Virus record (IMG/VR): IMGVR_UViG_3300020045_004580
Span: 2,883-66,882 of that record
DNA: 64,000 nucleotides
Source of the DNA: a virus
Lineage: Duplodnaviria; Caudoviricetes
Direction: 5' to 3' (one strand)
Under the pieces are notes generated by a model. It saw only the letters and a program-made list of their open reading frames with translations. It was not told the origin of the DNA and searched no databases. Shown piece by piece: positions 32,070-41,765 of the stretch; the first letter of the stretch is position 1; each line of letters starts with the position of its first letter. The translations under genes were made by a program, and so were the position numbers.

Positions 32070-32759
32070 TTAAAAAAGTTTTGCTATCCCTATTGTTATA
32101 CTGTTAGGATATTGATTATTAATTGATTTAGTATAACCTCCTTTATATAACCATTTTTTCTTACTTAAATATAAAATTTGAGGAGTTACTTGATTAACAG
32201 AATTAATATCTAAACCTATACCTATAAATGCTTTAGGTTTATTAGATAAAATTGTTTCTTTTGTTTCTACTATTGTAACTATTTTTTCTCTAATATATGG
32301 AATTTTAGGTTTATATTTAAAGCTTTGGGACACTATTTTACAGCTATCGAGTGATAATATTGTTTCAATATTTCCATCTAAAATAGTATCGTTTATGGCG
32401 GTTTGGTAGCGTTTTACCCCCTGTATTTGGAGGTATTCAGGTTGAACTTTGCCCGTAATTGAGAAGCTATTCGTTTTAGGTTCTTTTATATGTTTATATA
32501 CAGGAACGTATTCAACTTTAGGATTAATTACTCCTTTTGTTTCAATTTCTTTATATTTAGTATAAATATCATTATATTTTACACTTAATGTATCTCTAGT
32601 AGCTTTTATTTCTTTTTGAGTATAACCTCCTAAAGCTTTTATAATTCTAGGTTTTAACCAGTCTTTTGTTAAAGAATATAAAAATATTAATAATATAATT
32701 ATAATTATACCTATAAGTATATTTTTTATTGTTTTTGGTATTGTATTTATTGTTATCAT
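32070..32759 (-). CDS. membrane-anchored protein, possible spanin-like lysis accessory
   Basis: N-terminal TM helix then soluble domain; directly downstream of the endolysin. Confidence 0.4.
   Translation of the reverse strand: MITINTIPKTIKNILIGIIIIILLIFLYSLTKDWLKPRIIKALGGYTQKEIKATRDTLSVKYNDIYTKYKEIETKGVINPKVEYVPVYKHIKEPKTNSFSITGKVQPEYLQIQGVKRYQTAINDTILDGNIETILSLDSCKIVSQSFKYKPKIPYIREKIVTIVETKETILSNKPKAFIGIGLDINSVNQVTPQILYLSKKKWLYKGGYTKSINNQYPNSITIGIAKLF
32450..32474 (+). repeat. dispersed motif, single copy
   Basis: TGCCCGTAATTGAGAAGCTATTCGT. Confidence 0.85.
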
Positions 32760-32786
32760 TTTATTTTAGTTTAAAGATTAAATAGA

Positions 32787-32814
32787 AAAAGTAGAGTAAT
32801 TAAACTCTACTTTT
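32787..32814 (-). terminator. intrinsic terminator after the endolysin
   Basis: AAAAGTAGAG-T-AATTAA-A-CTCTACTTTT inverted repeat in the intergenic gap. Confidence 0.7.
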
Positions 32815-32822
32815 AAATTATT

Positions 32823-33425
32823 TTATTTATTTATTTTAATTATACCATCTATAGTAGCTTTAGCTAATTTATCTATATTATTTCTATTACTTAGGAATTC
32901 ATAATCTTTTCTATTATCAAAGAATCCATATTCAATTAATATAGCAGGCATAGAAGTATACTTAATTACATAAAAATTATCTTCTTTATCTTTATCTCCG
33001 TCTTTTAAATCACTTCTAATTTTTCTATCAGGATATAAAACTTTAATTTCATTTAAAATACTTTCTGCAAATAAATCTGATTTAGTATTTCCAATAGAAG
33101 TAAAAATTTCAGTACCTTCTCCACCTCCTGCATTATTATGTACTGATATAAATAAAGAATTAGAAGCATTTTTAGATTGATTAGCTATTTTAACTCTAGA
33201 AACTAAAGAAGGGTCTATAGCTCTAGCAGGATGTACAGTATACATAACTTTAAAACCTTTTAGTTGTGCATATAAACCTAAAGCTTCTACATATTTTTGA
33301 TTTTCAAAACCTTCATAAACATGAAGACCATCAGGATATTTAAATTGTTTTCCAGGTGTAATGTATTTACCATTAGAATCTAAAGTACTATGACCTCTAT
33401 CTAATATTAATGTTGTTATATTCAT
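32823..33425 (-). CDS. endolysin, N-acetylmuramoyl-L-alanine amidase (Amidase_3)
   Basis: LILDRGH, E, ISVHNNA, GTEIF and PAILIEYGFFDN zinc-amidase motifs. Confidence 0.92.
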   Translation of the reverse strand: MNITTLILDRGHSTLDSNGKYITPGKQFKYPDGLHVYEGFENQKYVEALGLYAQLKGFKVMYTVHPARAIDPSLVSRVKIANQSKNASNSLFISVHNNAGGGEGTEIFTSIGNTKSDLFAESILNEIKVLYPDRKIRSDLKDGDKDKEDNFYVIKYTSMPAILIEYGFFDNRKDYEFLSNRNNIDKLAKATIDGIIKINK

Positions 33426-33438
33426 AACTAATATTTAT

Positions 33439-33954
33439 TTAATTATTATTTTGTTTATTATTTTCTTTATAATCAATATCTATATTTAAATTCGTATTTT
33501 CTATTGTTTTATCTTTAATAAGTTGAGATAATTGAGGAAAAGCTTTCCATTTAGTTATTTTATAAGCATTATCAAAGATAGAAGCAAGTAAAACACCGGA
33601 TATAAACCAACCTATTATTTTATATGTAGAAACAACTTCATAATGATATTCTTTATCCCACATAAAAGCAAGAGTAACTAATATTAAAGATATAAGTAAT
33701 CTAGGCATTGTATGTCCCCATACAATTTTAGCTGAAAATTTTTCTTTTTTAACTACTCTAGCTGACCAATATCCAAATATAACATCTAATATAAAAAAGA
33801 GTATTAATAAATTTACACTTCCTTTTATAGGTAAAACATAAGCAATAAAAGAAGTAATAATTCCAATTGTACTTATATATATATCTTTAAAGAAATATAT
33901 TAAAGCATTTTTAATTAATATAAGTAGATTCTCTGAATGTGGTGTGTTGTTCAT
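33439..33954 (-). CDS. holin (phage holin 4-like)
   Basis: Several TM helices, LDVIFGYW motif; directly upstream of the endolysin. Confidence 0.7.
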   Translation of the reverse strand: MNNTPHSENLLILIKNALIYFFKDIYISTIGIITSFIAYVLPIKGSVNLLILFFILDVIFGYWSARVVKKEKFSAKIVWGHTMPRLLISLILVTLAFMWDKEYHYEVVSTYKIIGWFISGVLLASIFDNAYKITKWKAFPQLSQLIKDKTIENTNLNIDIDYKENNKQNNN

Positions 33955-33981
33955 ATTATTTGTATTATAATTAAAAAAAGA

Positions 33982-34019
33982 AGTAGTATAGTTATATTTA
34001 TTAATATAACTATACTACT
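33982..34019 (-). terminator. intrinsic terminator / long hairpin
   Basis: Perfect 17-bp inverted repeat AGTAGTATAGTTATATT-tatt-AATATAACTATACTACT; T-tract follows on the minus strand. Confidence 0.8.
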
Positions 34020-34028
34020 AATAACATA

Positions 34029-34289
34029 TTAATCTTTCTTTTTACCACTTGGTATTGTATATCCAAAATACAATGACCCAACAGTAGCAGCTGTGTATAT
34101 TACTGTATCCCAATTTACAAAAGTAAAAAAAGGTGTAATATCAAATGTACCTGTGTTTTGCCAATCTAGTATAACAGGATTAATACCTGACCATATTAAA
34201 CCTACTAAAGCACCTAAAAGAGATAAAGAGAAGCCTTTAATAGTTTCTCTAAAGTTTAATTTACCTTTAACTGAAATTTCTGTATTCAT
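34029..34289 (-). CDS. small two-TM membrane protein (holin-like)
   Basis: 86 aa, two hydrophobic helices, basic C-terminus, next to the lysis genes. Confidence 0.5.
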   Translation of the reverse strand: MNTEISVKGKLNFRETIKGFSLSLLGALVGLIWSGINPVILDWQNTGTFDITPFFTFVNWDTVIYTAATVGSLYFGYTIPSGKKKD

Positions 34290-34295
34290 AATTAT

Positions 34296-34592
34296 TTATT
34301 TATTAATTAATTTTTTAATAAACTCTATTAGTCTTTCAAATAGGGTTTTCTTTTTTATTATTTTTTTAGGCTCTTCAATAAGATAATCATATTTAGGAAT
34401 TGATAAAGAAACCTCTTTTTGTTTCATATCAGATTGCATAATCGGAAATGTTTCTCCAATTGTATAATCATTTGTTCCTGATGCTATGATACTTTTTTGA
34501 CTAAACATCACCGTTACTAACAGTATTGTTAACAGTGTGTAAGTACCTCGAAGTACCTGCCCTTTTCTTTTATATTTATTAGTCAAAATCAT
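34296..34592 (-). CDS. hypothetical membrane protein
   Basis: One TM helix and an amphipathic C-terminus; operon-packed. Confidence 0.55.
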   Translation of the reverse strand: MILTNKYKRKGQVLRGTYTLLTILLVTVMFSQKSIIASGTNDYTIGETFPIMQSDMKQKEVSLSIPKYDYLIEEPKKIIKKKTLFERLIEFIKKLINK

Positions 34593-34619
34593 TCTGTTTT
34601 TTTTTAAAGTTTTAAATTA

Positions 34620-35399
34620 CTAAGAATTACTATTTACAACAGACATTAATAATTTGCAACAATTTTTATAATAAAGCATTTCTGATTGTGTCATTCCGTT
34701 ACCCAAAGAAATTAACGAATAATGTTCTACTTGTGATAAGTCGTACAAGAAAGCATTCCCACCAGTAAATGTAAACGAACCACTATTGACAGCGACTTCC
34801 GAGGTATCGTTTGCAATTGAAGTGACAAGATTTGATTTGTTAGAAATCCCAAAAAAACCATTCCAAACCGTAGGATTCAAATCTATGGGATTCGGGTAAT
34901 TGTAAATTGTTTGAGCAAATCCTTTTTTCAATTCGTCGGAATAATTGCCTTCCCATTTCAAAATTGAAGTACTTTTATTATCAACACCACCATTATTTGA
35001 AAAGACAGCCATGTGGTAGTCTTGCAAGTTTAAAGTAAGGTTTATTTTATTCTCTCCCGTGCCTCCACCGTTGTACTTTAAAGAGTGGTTTATTAAAGTA
35101 ACCATATCAGCAGGATCATATCCAGGGTAGGTTGTAAATCCTACACCTCCTTTAACATCAAGTAAAGCATCAGGAATATTATATCCTATAGCAGGTAAAA
35201 TTAATACTTGAATTTTGTCCCATATACTTCCAGCTTTCAATTTAAAAATAAAGTCACGAAAAGCATAAATTATACTTTCAGATGGTTGTGAAGTCATTAA
35301 CGATAAATGAGCATCAGCAGTTACTTCAGAGGCTCTTAAAACTAATGTTTGTCCGATATTGTTTGCTGAAAAATCAGCGGTTTTTAAAACTATATTCAT
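34620..35399 (-). CDS. tail fibre-associated protein
   Basis: 259 aa, MNIVLKTADFSANNIG N-terminus, beta-rich; same raised GC as the neighbouring tail fibre gene. Confidence 0.5.
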   Translation of the reverse strand: MNIVLKTADFSANNIGQTLVLRASEVTADAHLSLMTSQPSESIIYAFRDFIFKLKAGSIWDKIQVLILPAIGYNIPDALLDVKGGVGFTTYPGYDPADMVTLINHSLKYNGGGTGENKINLTLNLQDYHMAVFSNNGGVDNKSTSILKWEGNYSDELKKGFAQTIYNYPNPIDLNPTVWNGFFGISNKSNLVTSIANDTSEVAVNSGSFTFTGGNAFLYDLSQVEHYSLISLGNGMTQSEMLYYKNCCKLLMSVVNSNS

Positions 35400-35411
35400 T
35401 TTCTTTTATTT

Positions 35412-37547
35412 TTAAAAGGTTATTTTATTAATTGGCGCAAAATTGTAAAGATTGAATCTTTGTACAGGCAGTGCTCTATTAGGTCGGTAATTATTTTCAT
35501 AAGAATCGGTTAGATTGCCACCTCCTAATTTACCATTCCAAGCGTAGGTTAAATCAAGACCTGTTGGATTAGCCAAACAAGTAATCATTACTGTATCTTT
35601 ATTAATAATACTCACCGCTGTAATTAATTCAGTTGCACCACTTTTTAAACTAAATCCATAATTTGTAATAGCAGAAGCATTAGGATTAGGAGATACAGAA
35701 GCGTAATTAGAGAATTTCAAAGGAGGGAAATCAACTTTATATTTAACAAATATCTTATAAGTTCCTCCAGTTTGAGCTACATAATAAGAAGACAAAGGAA
35801 CTATAGGCGAGATGGGATTAGTTTCTAAAACACGTTTGAATTGAACACCCATTAACGCCCCTATTTCGTCGTAACTATAAGTAGCGTCAGCGTGTAAATC
35901 ATCTGAACCGTAATTGAATTGATACATTGCACAACCAAAATGAATATTCTCATTGTTTTTTACAACTTCTAAAAAATCCAAAGCAATAATGTTTTGACCG
36001 TCGCCTGTTTGCGTGCCTACTTGTGTAGCTGGTTGATATACTATGAATTGAACATCTTTTTCTTGTCCTGTAATAGTTTTAATATCAGTGTTTAATTCTT
36101 CAAATAGTGCGGTAAGTTTTGTGACATAATTAGTTGTACTAGCATAATTACCTTCTCCCTGCATATATGTTAAAACTGGAACAGCAAAAGATTTGTTTTG
36201 ATTAGCCGCTAATTTCTTCCCGTTTTCAACAGATTTAAGAATTCTTAAATATGGATTAGCAGTTTTTACACTTAATTCATCAACACTAGCACCTGAAAGT
36301 CCACAAGTTGCACCGATAAATTCATAAGGAATGTCGGCATAAGAATTATAGTTGTTTTCCAAAACAATAAGCTTCGAAAACTCTCTCATTAATCCAGCCA
36401 AAGATCTTTGTTTAGTTGTTTTTGTGAGAGGTGTAAATGCCGTTCCAAAATAAGCATCTTCTGAAATTGGAGAACCATTAAATGTTCCTTCTACAGGATT
36501 ATATAAGTCAACTGCAATTCCGTTTTGAAACATCAAAATATTGTTAGGAATATCGTCGTCATAAGCTACACCTTCATTACCATAAACAGAAAGACTTTGC
36601 CCATAGCTAATAATCATATTAATATCAGCAGGTAAACCAGCGTCGATAACTTCTTTTTTTTCAAACACAGTCAATCCATTTTCGTCGAATTTAGCAATAA
36701 CATTTCCAACTTCATCACTAACAGTGTATCTGTCGGTATTAGATATTAATTGGTTTAGATCATTTAATCCAATAAAATTCATAAATGCCTCAACATTATC
36801 AACCGCAAATTCTTGGGCTCTTACAAACGCAGCGTGAAGACCTTCTTTTGATATTTTTACTATAACATATCCAGCACTATCAGAAATAATTAATTCATCT
36901 GAATCCACTAATATATTATTGTCATCAGTTTTTTTCTTTACTTCCTCTTTTAAAACTCTCACACTATTAGCACTACTAGGTTTTTGAATTTCATTAGAGT
37001 TAATAGAATCGATGATGTCTGTTTTTTGTACATACCCAGTCAAAACTAAAGCAGTTTGTGTAATAGAATAAGCACCTAAAGCATCACGAGCAATAACAGC
37101 GATACTATTAGAATTTACAACAACACCACCTAAATTAGTATAAGTGCCAGGTTCTAATGCAATACCAGAGGCTATACCTGTACCCGCAAAAGCGGGAGAA
37201 GAAGGTACTAAAGCTTGTCCAGTTACTCCTGTTACGGCAGCAGTAATAGCATCTTCTAAATCTTGCGCTGTACCAACATAGCCTCCTAAAGAAAGTTTAT
37301 CGGCTAAAGCGGTTGCTTGTGCTGTGGATATAGGTTTTTGTAAATCAGTAGTATCATCAAGATGAGATAGTTTAGTAATTTCAGTATCAAATACTAATGA
37401 TTTTCCTGTTGATTTTAAAACTCTTGTATCTATTTGTTGATTAACATACTCGATAATAGGAGTTGGATTTGAAACTTCTTCTAAATCATCTTCTATTATA
37501 TTTAAAAGACCTTTTCCTTTATTTATAATTCTAAGTTGTTTTTTCAT
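35412..37547 (-). CDS. tail fibre/spike with SGNH-hydrolase (carbohydrate O-acetylesterase-like) domain
   Basis: Fibre-type repeat LDDTTDLQKPISTAQATAL; SGNH blocks SYGQSLS, YMQGEGN and DDLH. Confidence 0.75.
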   Translation of the reverse strand: MKKQLRIINKGKGLLNIIEDDLEEVSNPTPIIEYVNQQIDTRVLKSTGKSLVFDTEITKLSHLDDTTDLQKPISTAQATALADKLSLGGYVGTAQDLEDAITAAVTGVTGQALVPSSPAFAGTGIASGIALEPGTYTNLGGVVVNSNSIAVIARDALGAYSITQTALVLTGYVQKTDIIDSINSNEIQKPSSANSVRVLKEEVKKKTDDNNILVDSDELIISDSAGYVIVKISKEGLHAAFVRAQEFAVDNVEAFMNFIGLNDLNQLISNTDRYTVSDEVGNVIAKFDENGLTVFEKKEVIDAGLPADINMIISYGQSLSVYGNEGVAYDDDIPNNILMFQNGIAVDLYNPVEGTFNGSPISEDAYFGTAFTPLTKTTKQRSLAGLMREFSKLIVLENNYNSYADIPYEFIGATCGLSGASVDELSVKTANPYLRILKSVENGKKLAANQNKSFAVPVLTYMQGEGNYASTTNYVTKLTALFEELNTDIKTITGQEKDVQFIVYQPATQVGTQTGDGQNIIALDFLEVVKNNENIHFGCAMYQFNYGSDDLHADATYSYDEIGALMGVQFKRVLETNPISPIVPLSSYYVAQTGGTYKIFVKYKVDFPPLKFSNYASVSPNPNASAITNYGFSLKSGATELITAVSIINKDTVMITCLANPTGLDLTYAWNGKLGGGNLTDSYENNYRPNRALPVQRFNLYNFAPINKITF

Positions 37548-37566
37548 TGTTTATAATATTAATTAA

Positions 37567-38568
37567 TTAAGGTTCTATATTTTCTTCTTCATCGTCATAC
37601 TCTATCCAAATATCAGAGTCTGTAGATTGTTTATTATAATCTAAGGAATTAATATATTCAACTAGTTGTTGAATAAGAGAACCTTCTCCTGATAAATCAG
37701 AAGCTTTTATTTTAATAGTTCTAGAAAAATTATTTTGATTCATAGTATCTGATAGATTTTCAACATTAAAAGCAAGTAATGATATTGCATTAAAATCTAC
37801 ATTTATAATATACTTTGCTAAACAAGAAGTAAGTTCATTAAACATAAAAAAATTATTAATAGTAGTATTATAAAAATTTATAATATCAGAACCCATATCT
37901 TCTGTATTTAAAAATAGAAGACTTTTATAATAATAAAATAAAGAATAATAATTACCAACTATTACTGTTTTAAATAAATTAGAATTAATATCAGTAGAAC
38001 CATTAATATAATAATTGAAATATTCTTTTCCTAATTCAGTTTTTTTATCTAATATAGTATCGTTAAAATATAATTGTATAAAATTAGATAAATAAAAATT
38101 AGTAATAAGAACTTCCCCGTAAGAGAAAGGTTTAATCGTATTAGGTAGTATAAATGTAGTGTTAAATAATTTTTGATTTTTACCAGTATAACAAGAATCA
38201 CATTCTTTTTTACAAGTACAAATAACATCTTTAATTTGTTTAATAAATTCAGTAATAAAAGTATCATTAATACTTAAATAAACTAAATAATTAGAAACAG
38301 TATTTGAATAAACCTCTAACGAATAATCCCCATCTACGGGGTAAGAAGTTAAACCAGTTTCAGAAGTAAAAGAATCAATAATAGTAGGATTACCATTATC
38401 ATCAATTTTACTTAAAATAAAATTATATATAGTAGAGTTCAAAGATCTAATCTCTTTAAGACCAAGACCTAATCGTATCTCAATATAGTTATCTTTATAA
38501 TACATAATATAAATAGGTTTTAAATTAATAAACCTACTATTAATAATAATAGTAGGTTTAACAATCAA
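37567..38568 (-). CDS. hypothetical virion-module protein
   Basis: 333-aa ORF called from a TTG start; the true start may be the ATG of MYYKDNY; Cys cluster CTCKKECDSC. Confidence 0.65.
   Translation of the reverse strand: MIVKPTIIINSRFINLKPIYIMYYKDNYIEIRLGLGLKEIRSLNSTIYNFILSKIDDNGNPTIIDSFTSETGLTSYPVDGDYSLEVYSNTVSNYLVYLSINDTFITEFIKQIKDVICTCKKECDSCYTGKNQKLFNTTFILPNTIKPFSYGEVLITNFYLSNFIQLYFNDTILDKKTELGKEYFNYYINGSTDINSNLFKTVIVGNYYSLFYYYKSLLFLNTEDMGSDIINFYNTTINNFFMFNELTSCLAKYIINVDFNAISLLAFNVENLSDTMNQNNFSRTIKIKASDLSGEGSLIQQLVEYINSLDYNKQSTDSDIWIEYDDEEENIEP
38114..38342. repeat. dispersed motif, convergent pair (38114-38139 plus; 38319-38342 minus)
   Basis: TCCCCGTAAGAGAAAGGTTTAATCGT and ACCCCGTAGATGGGGATTATTCGT. 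Confidence 0.8.
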
Positions 38569-38611
38569 TCAATTAAAAAAAAATTATTAACTTATATAAC
38601 TACTATTTATA

Positions 38612-39526
38612 TTAAGCTACATCAGGTGTAATAAATGTATCATAAAGGTCAGATAAAGTAGAATCAGCAGCAGGAACTACAAGTAGTAAATTAGGTGTAG
38701 CTGCGTGAATAGCTGTAGAAATAGAAGGATGAACTACTTTATTCCAAGTTAAAGATAAAACATTATAATTAGTACTTAAACTTGATTTTAAAGGTTCTTT
38801 ATAATATAAATCTCCATCTCCTGTATAGTTACCATTTCCTTTAAATACAGATAATTCTTTTTCTATTTCTTGAATTTGTTCTCCTGTTCCTTTTGCAATA
38901 ACTCTAGCTGTTACACTAATAGGAGTATAAGGTTCAAAAATATCAGAAGTAGCAACACCAAGTTTAATTTTAGAATTTAAAGTTGTAAGTTTAATTTGGT
39001 ATCTAGCTGTATTAGTTTCTAAAGAAGCAGTAACTAATGTTTTAGCTTTAGGGTCTGCATTAATTGTTGCTACTACTCTAGTTAAATATTGTAATACAGT
39101 TTCTGTTGTTTTTTTAGTAACAGTAATAATAGCAGGGAAATTATCAATTTGATAAGGTTCTACTAAATCTACAAGTCTAATAGTACCTTCTCCTGAACTA
39201 GGAATTACTAATTCTGTACCAGCTTGAGCATTATCTCCTAATTTATATACTCCTGCGACACCAACTACATAAGCTTGATAATTTTTATTAAAAAGTGAAG
39301 CAGTAGGAATAATTAAAGAAGATTCAAAATCTCCATCTGCTTTTTTAAGTATAAACTGAATACCTTTTGCATTAGTTAATTCAGTGTTAGTTACTTCACT
39401 ACCTCTAAGGATAGGAAGAGTTCCCGCTTCTCCGTGAAGAAACATCCCCATTTGTCCTGTTGTTAAATCAGCAGTTGTGTTACCTGTTAAATCGGTAAGT
39501 GTTGTTCCAATTAAAATACCTTCCAT
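38612..39526 (-). CDS. probable auxiliary capsid / head decoration protein
   Basis: 304 aa, Thr/Ala-rich with high-expression codon bias; position in the crAss-like head block. Confidence 0.5.
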   Translation of the reverse strand: MEGILIGTTLTDLTGNTTADLTTGQMGMFLHGEAGTLPILRGSEVTNTELTNAKGIQFILKKADGDFESSLIIPTASLFNKNYQAYVVGVAGVYKLGDNAQAGTELVIPSSGEGTIRLVDLVEPYQIDNFPAIITVTKKTTETVLQYLTRVVATINADPKAKTLVTASLETNTARYQIKLTTLNSKIKLGVATSDIFEPYTPISVTARVIAKGTGEQIQEIEKELSVFKGNGNYTGDGDLYYKEPLKSSLSTNYNVLSLTWNKVVHPSISTAIHAATPNLLLVVPAADSTLSDLYDTFITPDVA

Positions 39527-39537
39527 ATTGTTTTTAT

Positions 39538-40623
39538 TTATTCGATTAATGTATTCTCATTTACAAATTTTTCATAAGAATCTGATGCTATAATACCTTT
39601 AATAAGTTGAGCTGTATCAGCCATTATTTTATTAACTATATCAATAGGTAAATCAGAACCTATACCTAAAAAGTAATCAATTTGTCTAGGAAATCTTATA
39701 TAAGTAAGGGTAACGCTTGAAAGTTTAACTTTTTTTGGTAATTTTACCTTTAAAACATCTCTTGTTCTAACTGCTTTAAGATTTAAAGGAGAACTAGAAG
39801 ATAAAGAAGAATTATCAATAAAAGTTTCATATTCAGTATCTACTACAGATATAGGACTTTCAAGTGGAACAATTAAATCTAGTTTACTAGATAAAACTTG
39901 TTCTTTTATAATATTTAAAGATGTTAAATTACTATCTAAAATTACATCTAAAAATTCAGTACTATTAATAACTAAACGTTCTAAAATATTATCGTATTTA
40001 ATATATATTTTATTTTTACTTATAGTATTAATTTTAGATAACTTTAAATTAATTAATTTAATCATAGCATTAATAATAATAAAAGATTTTTTATAATCTT
40101 TTACATTATCTTGTGTTTTAAATTCATCAGGAAGATTTGCATAATTAAATACTTCTACTGTAGTATTTACATTTTGTTTATTTTTATAAACAATAGATAA
40201 AGTAAGAGAAGTTAAAGTAGCAAAATCTAAATCCTTTAAATCATATAAACTACAGTTTATATTAGTAAGTCCATTAGTATTTATTTTTGTAGTACCAGTA
40301 CAGTCTTGAGCTATATTAGCTTTTGCGTTAATTATTCCATAAAAATCAAAAGGAAGCGTAATAGTTGCTTCCTTTTGGTTATTAGTACTTGGATATAATT
40401 CTGTAGTTTCAAATAAATTAGCTAATGAATCTAAACTTGTTTGAGTATCAAAAAGAGATACTCTTTTTGGATTACTTGTTAAGTCTACTTTTTTATTTTT
40501 ATAGTTATTTAAAGCTAAGTTAAATAACATATCTAGTTCTTGAGGTAAAAAGTTTTTACTTTTATTAGTATTAACCTTTTGTAATAGTACCCGCAAACCT
40601 ACATGAATTTCAGATGCAAGCAT
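39538..40623 (-). CDS. head-tail connector / ring protein
   Basis: FLPQELDMLFN..Q/N N-terminal motif and LTYIRFP C-terminal motif of crAss-like connector proteins. Confidence 0.55.
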   Translation of the reverse strand: MLASEIHVGLRVLLQKVNTNKSKNFLPQELDMLFNLALNNYKNKKVDLTSNPKRVSLFDTQTSLDSLANLFETTELYPSTNNQKEATITLPFDFYGIINAKANIAQDCTGTTKINTNGLTNINCSLYDLKDLDFATLTSLTLSIVYKNKQNVNTTVEVFNYANLPDEFKTQDNVKDYKKSFIIINAMIKLINLKLSKINTISKNKIYIKYDNILERLVINSTEFLDVILDSNLTSLNIIKEQVLSSKLDLIVPLESPISVVDTEYETFIDNSSLSSSSPLNLKAVRTRDVLKVKLPKKVKLSSVTLTYIRFPRQIDYFLGIGSDLPIDIVNKIMADTAQLIKGIIASDSYEKFVNENTLIE

Positions 40624-40630
40624 AGTTTAT

Positions 40631-41668
40631 TTAATTAATATTAAGTTTGTTTTTTATGACAGCTAAAAGAGCTTCACCTTCTGGAGTTGATTTTAAATGA
40701 AAAGCGGCAGATTCAATATCATTTCCAATAATAGAATCTCCGTATTGTACAAGTTTACTATTAACAGGTTGTTTAAGAATATGTAAATTAATTCCTTGTT
40801 GTACATAATATTTATGCATCCAATTTTTATCACTAATTAATTTATTTACTTTAAGTCTTACAGCGTGAGAAGTTTTAGCAGTATTATAAATAATAATCTT
40901 TTTATCAGTAATAGTATCAAAGTCTGAAACAGTTTCATCAATAGCAAGTAGAATTGCATTAATTTGTTGTTCATCTTTTAATTCTGTAAGATTAGTAGAA
41001 AAAGAATTAAAGACTTCCATTTCACTCTCTTGTTCTTTAACATCAACAGCCTTTTCATAAATATATCCAAAAATCTTAGGAGATTTTTCTTTATCTTCTA
41101 CTCTATTAGCAATTCTAGAATGTTTTAGTGCAAAAGCTAATTTAAGAAAATCTGCATAATATTCAGGATTTAAACTAATATGTTTAATACTATTTACTTT
41201 TTCTTCTTGTTCTTCTAATAATTTATGTACTACTTCAAATTTTTCATCAATACGATTAACTTTTTCAAAATCTTTTTGAGCTTTATTACTTAATAAAGTT
41301 ACAGCTATTTTAATAATAATACCTTGTTCTGTATCTCGTTTGTTTTCAGAATCACAAGGCAATATATTACTAAAGTTAGCCCAATAATCTTTAATATGAG
41401 ATTGAAAACTATTATCATTAGTAGATACATCAATAATAGAAGGCATTAATACTCTTTCTAATGTACCAGTAACCCCTTTTAAAGGTCCACCACTAGGTGC
41501 CATTATAGATTCAAGATAATGTACAAATTCTTCAGGAGATTGATTAGGAACAGATACTAAGCCTTTTCTTAATCTAATATTACAATTTAAACTTACTTTT
41601 TTAGCTTCAATTGTAGTATTAGCAATACTTTGTTGTATATTTTCACTTGTTAGTTTATTATTTTCCAT
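40631..41668 (-). CDS. conserved protein downstream of the major capsid gene
   Basis: 345 aa; synteny with the crAss-like capsid block. Confidence 0.6.
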   Translation of the reverse strand: MENNKLTSENIQQSIANTTIEAKKVSLNCNIRLRKGLVSVPNQSPEEFVHYLESIMAPSGGPLKGVTGTLERVLMPSIIDVSTNDNSFQSHIKDYWANFSNILPCDSENKRDTEQGIIIKIAVTLLSNKAQKDFEKVNRIDEKFEVVHKLLEEQEEKVNSIKHISLNPEYYADFLKLAFALKHSRIANRVEDKEKSPKIFGYIYEKAVDVKEQESEMEVFNSFSTNLTELKDEQQINAILLAIDETVSDFDTITDKKIIIYNTAKTSHAVRLKVNKLISDKNWMHKYYVQQGINLHILKQPVNSKLVQYGDSIIGNDIESAAFHLKSTPEGEALLAVIKNKLNIN

Positions 41669-41719
41669 TTTTATTATATTATTATTATAGTTTATATTAC
41701 TTTTTTAATTTATCAAAAG

Positions 41720-41745
41720 AAACCCTCTTATTATTAAGAGGGTTT
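41720..41745 (-). terminator. intrinsic terminator after the major capsid gene
   Basis: AAACCCTCTTA-ttat-TAAGAGGGTTT perfect 11-bp stem, followed by TCTTTT on the minus strand. Confidence 0.85.
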
Positions 41746-41765
41746 TAATTTAATTTTATTGTTAA

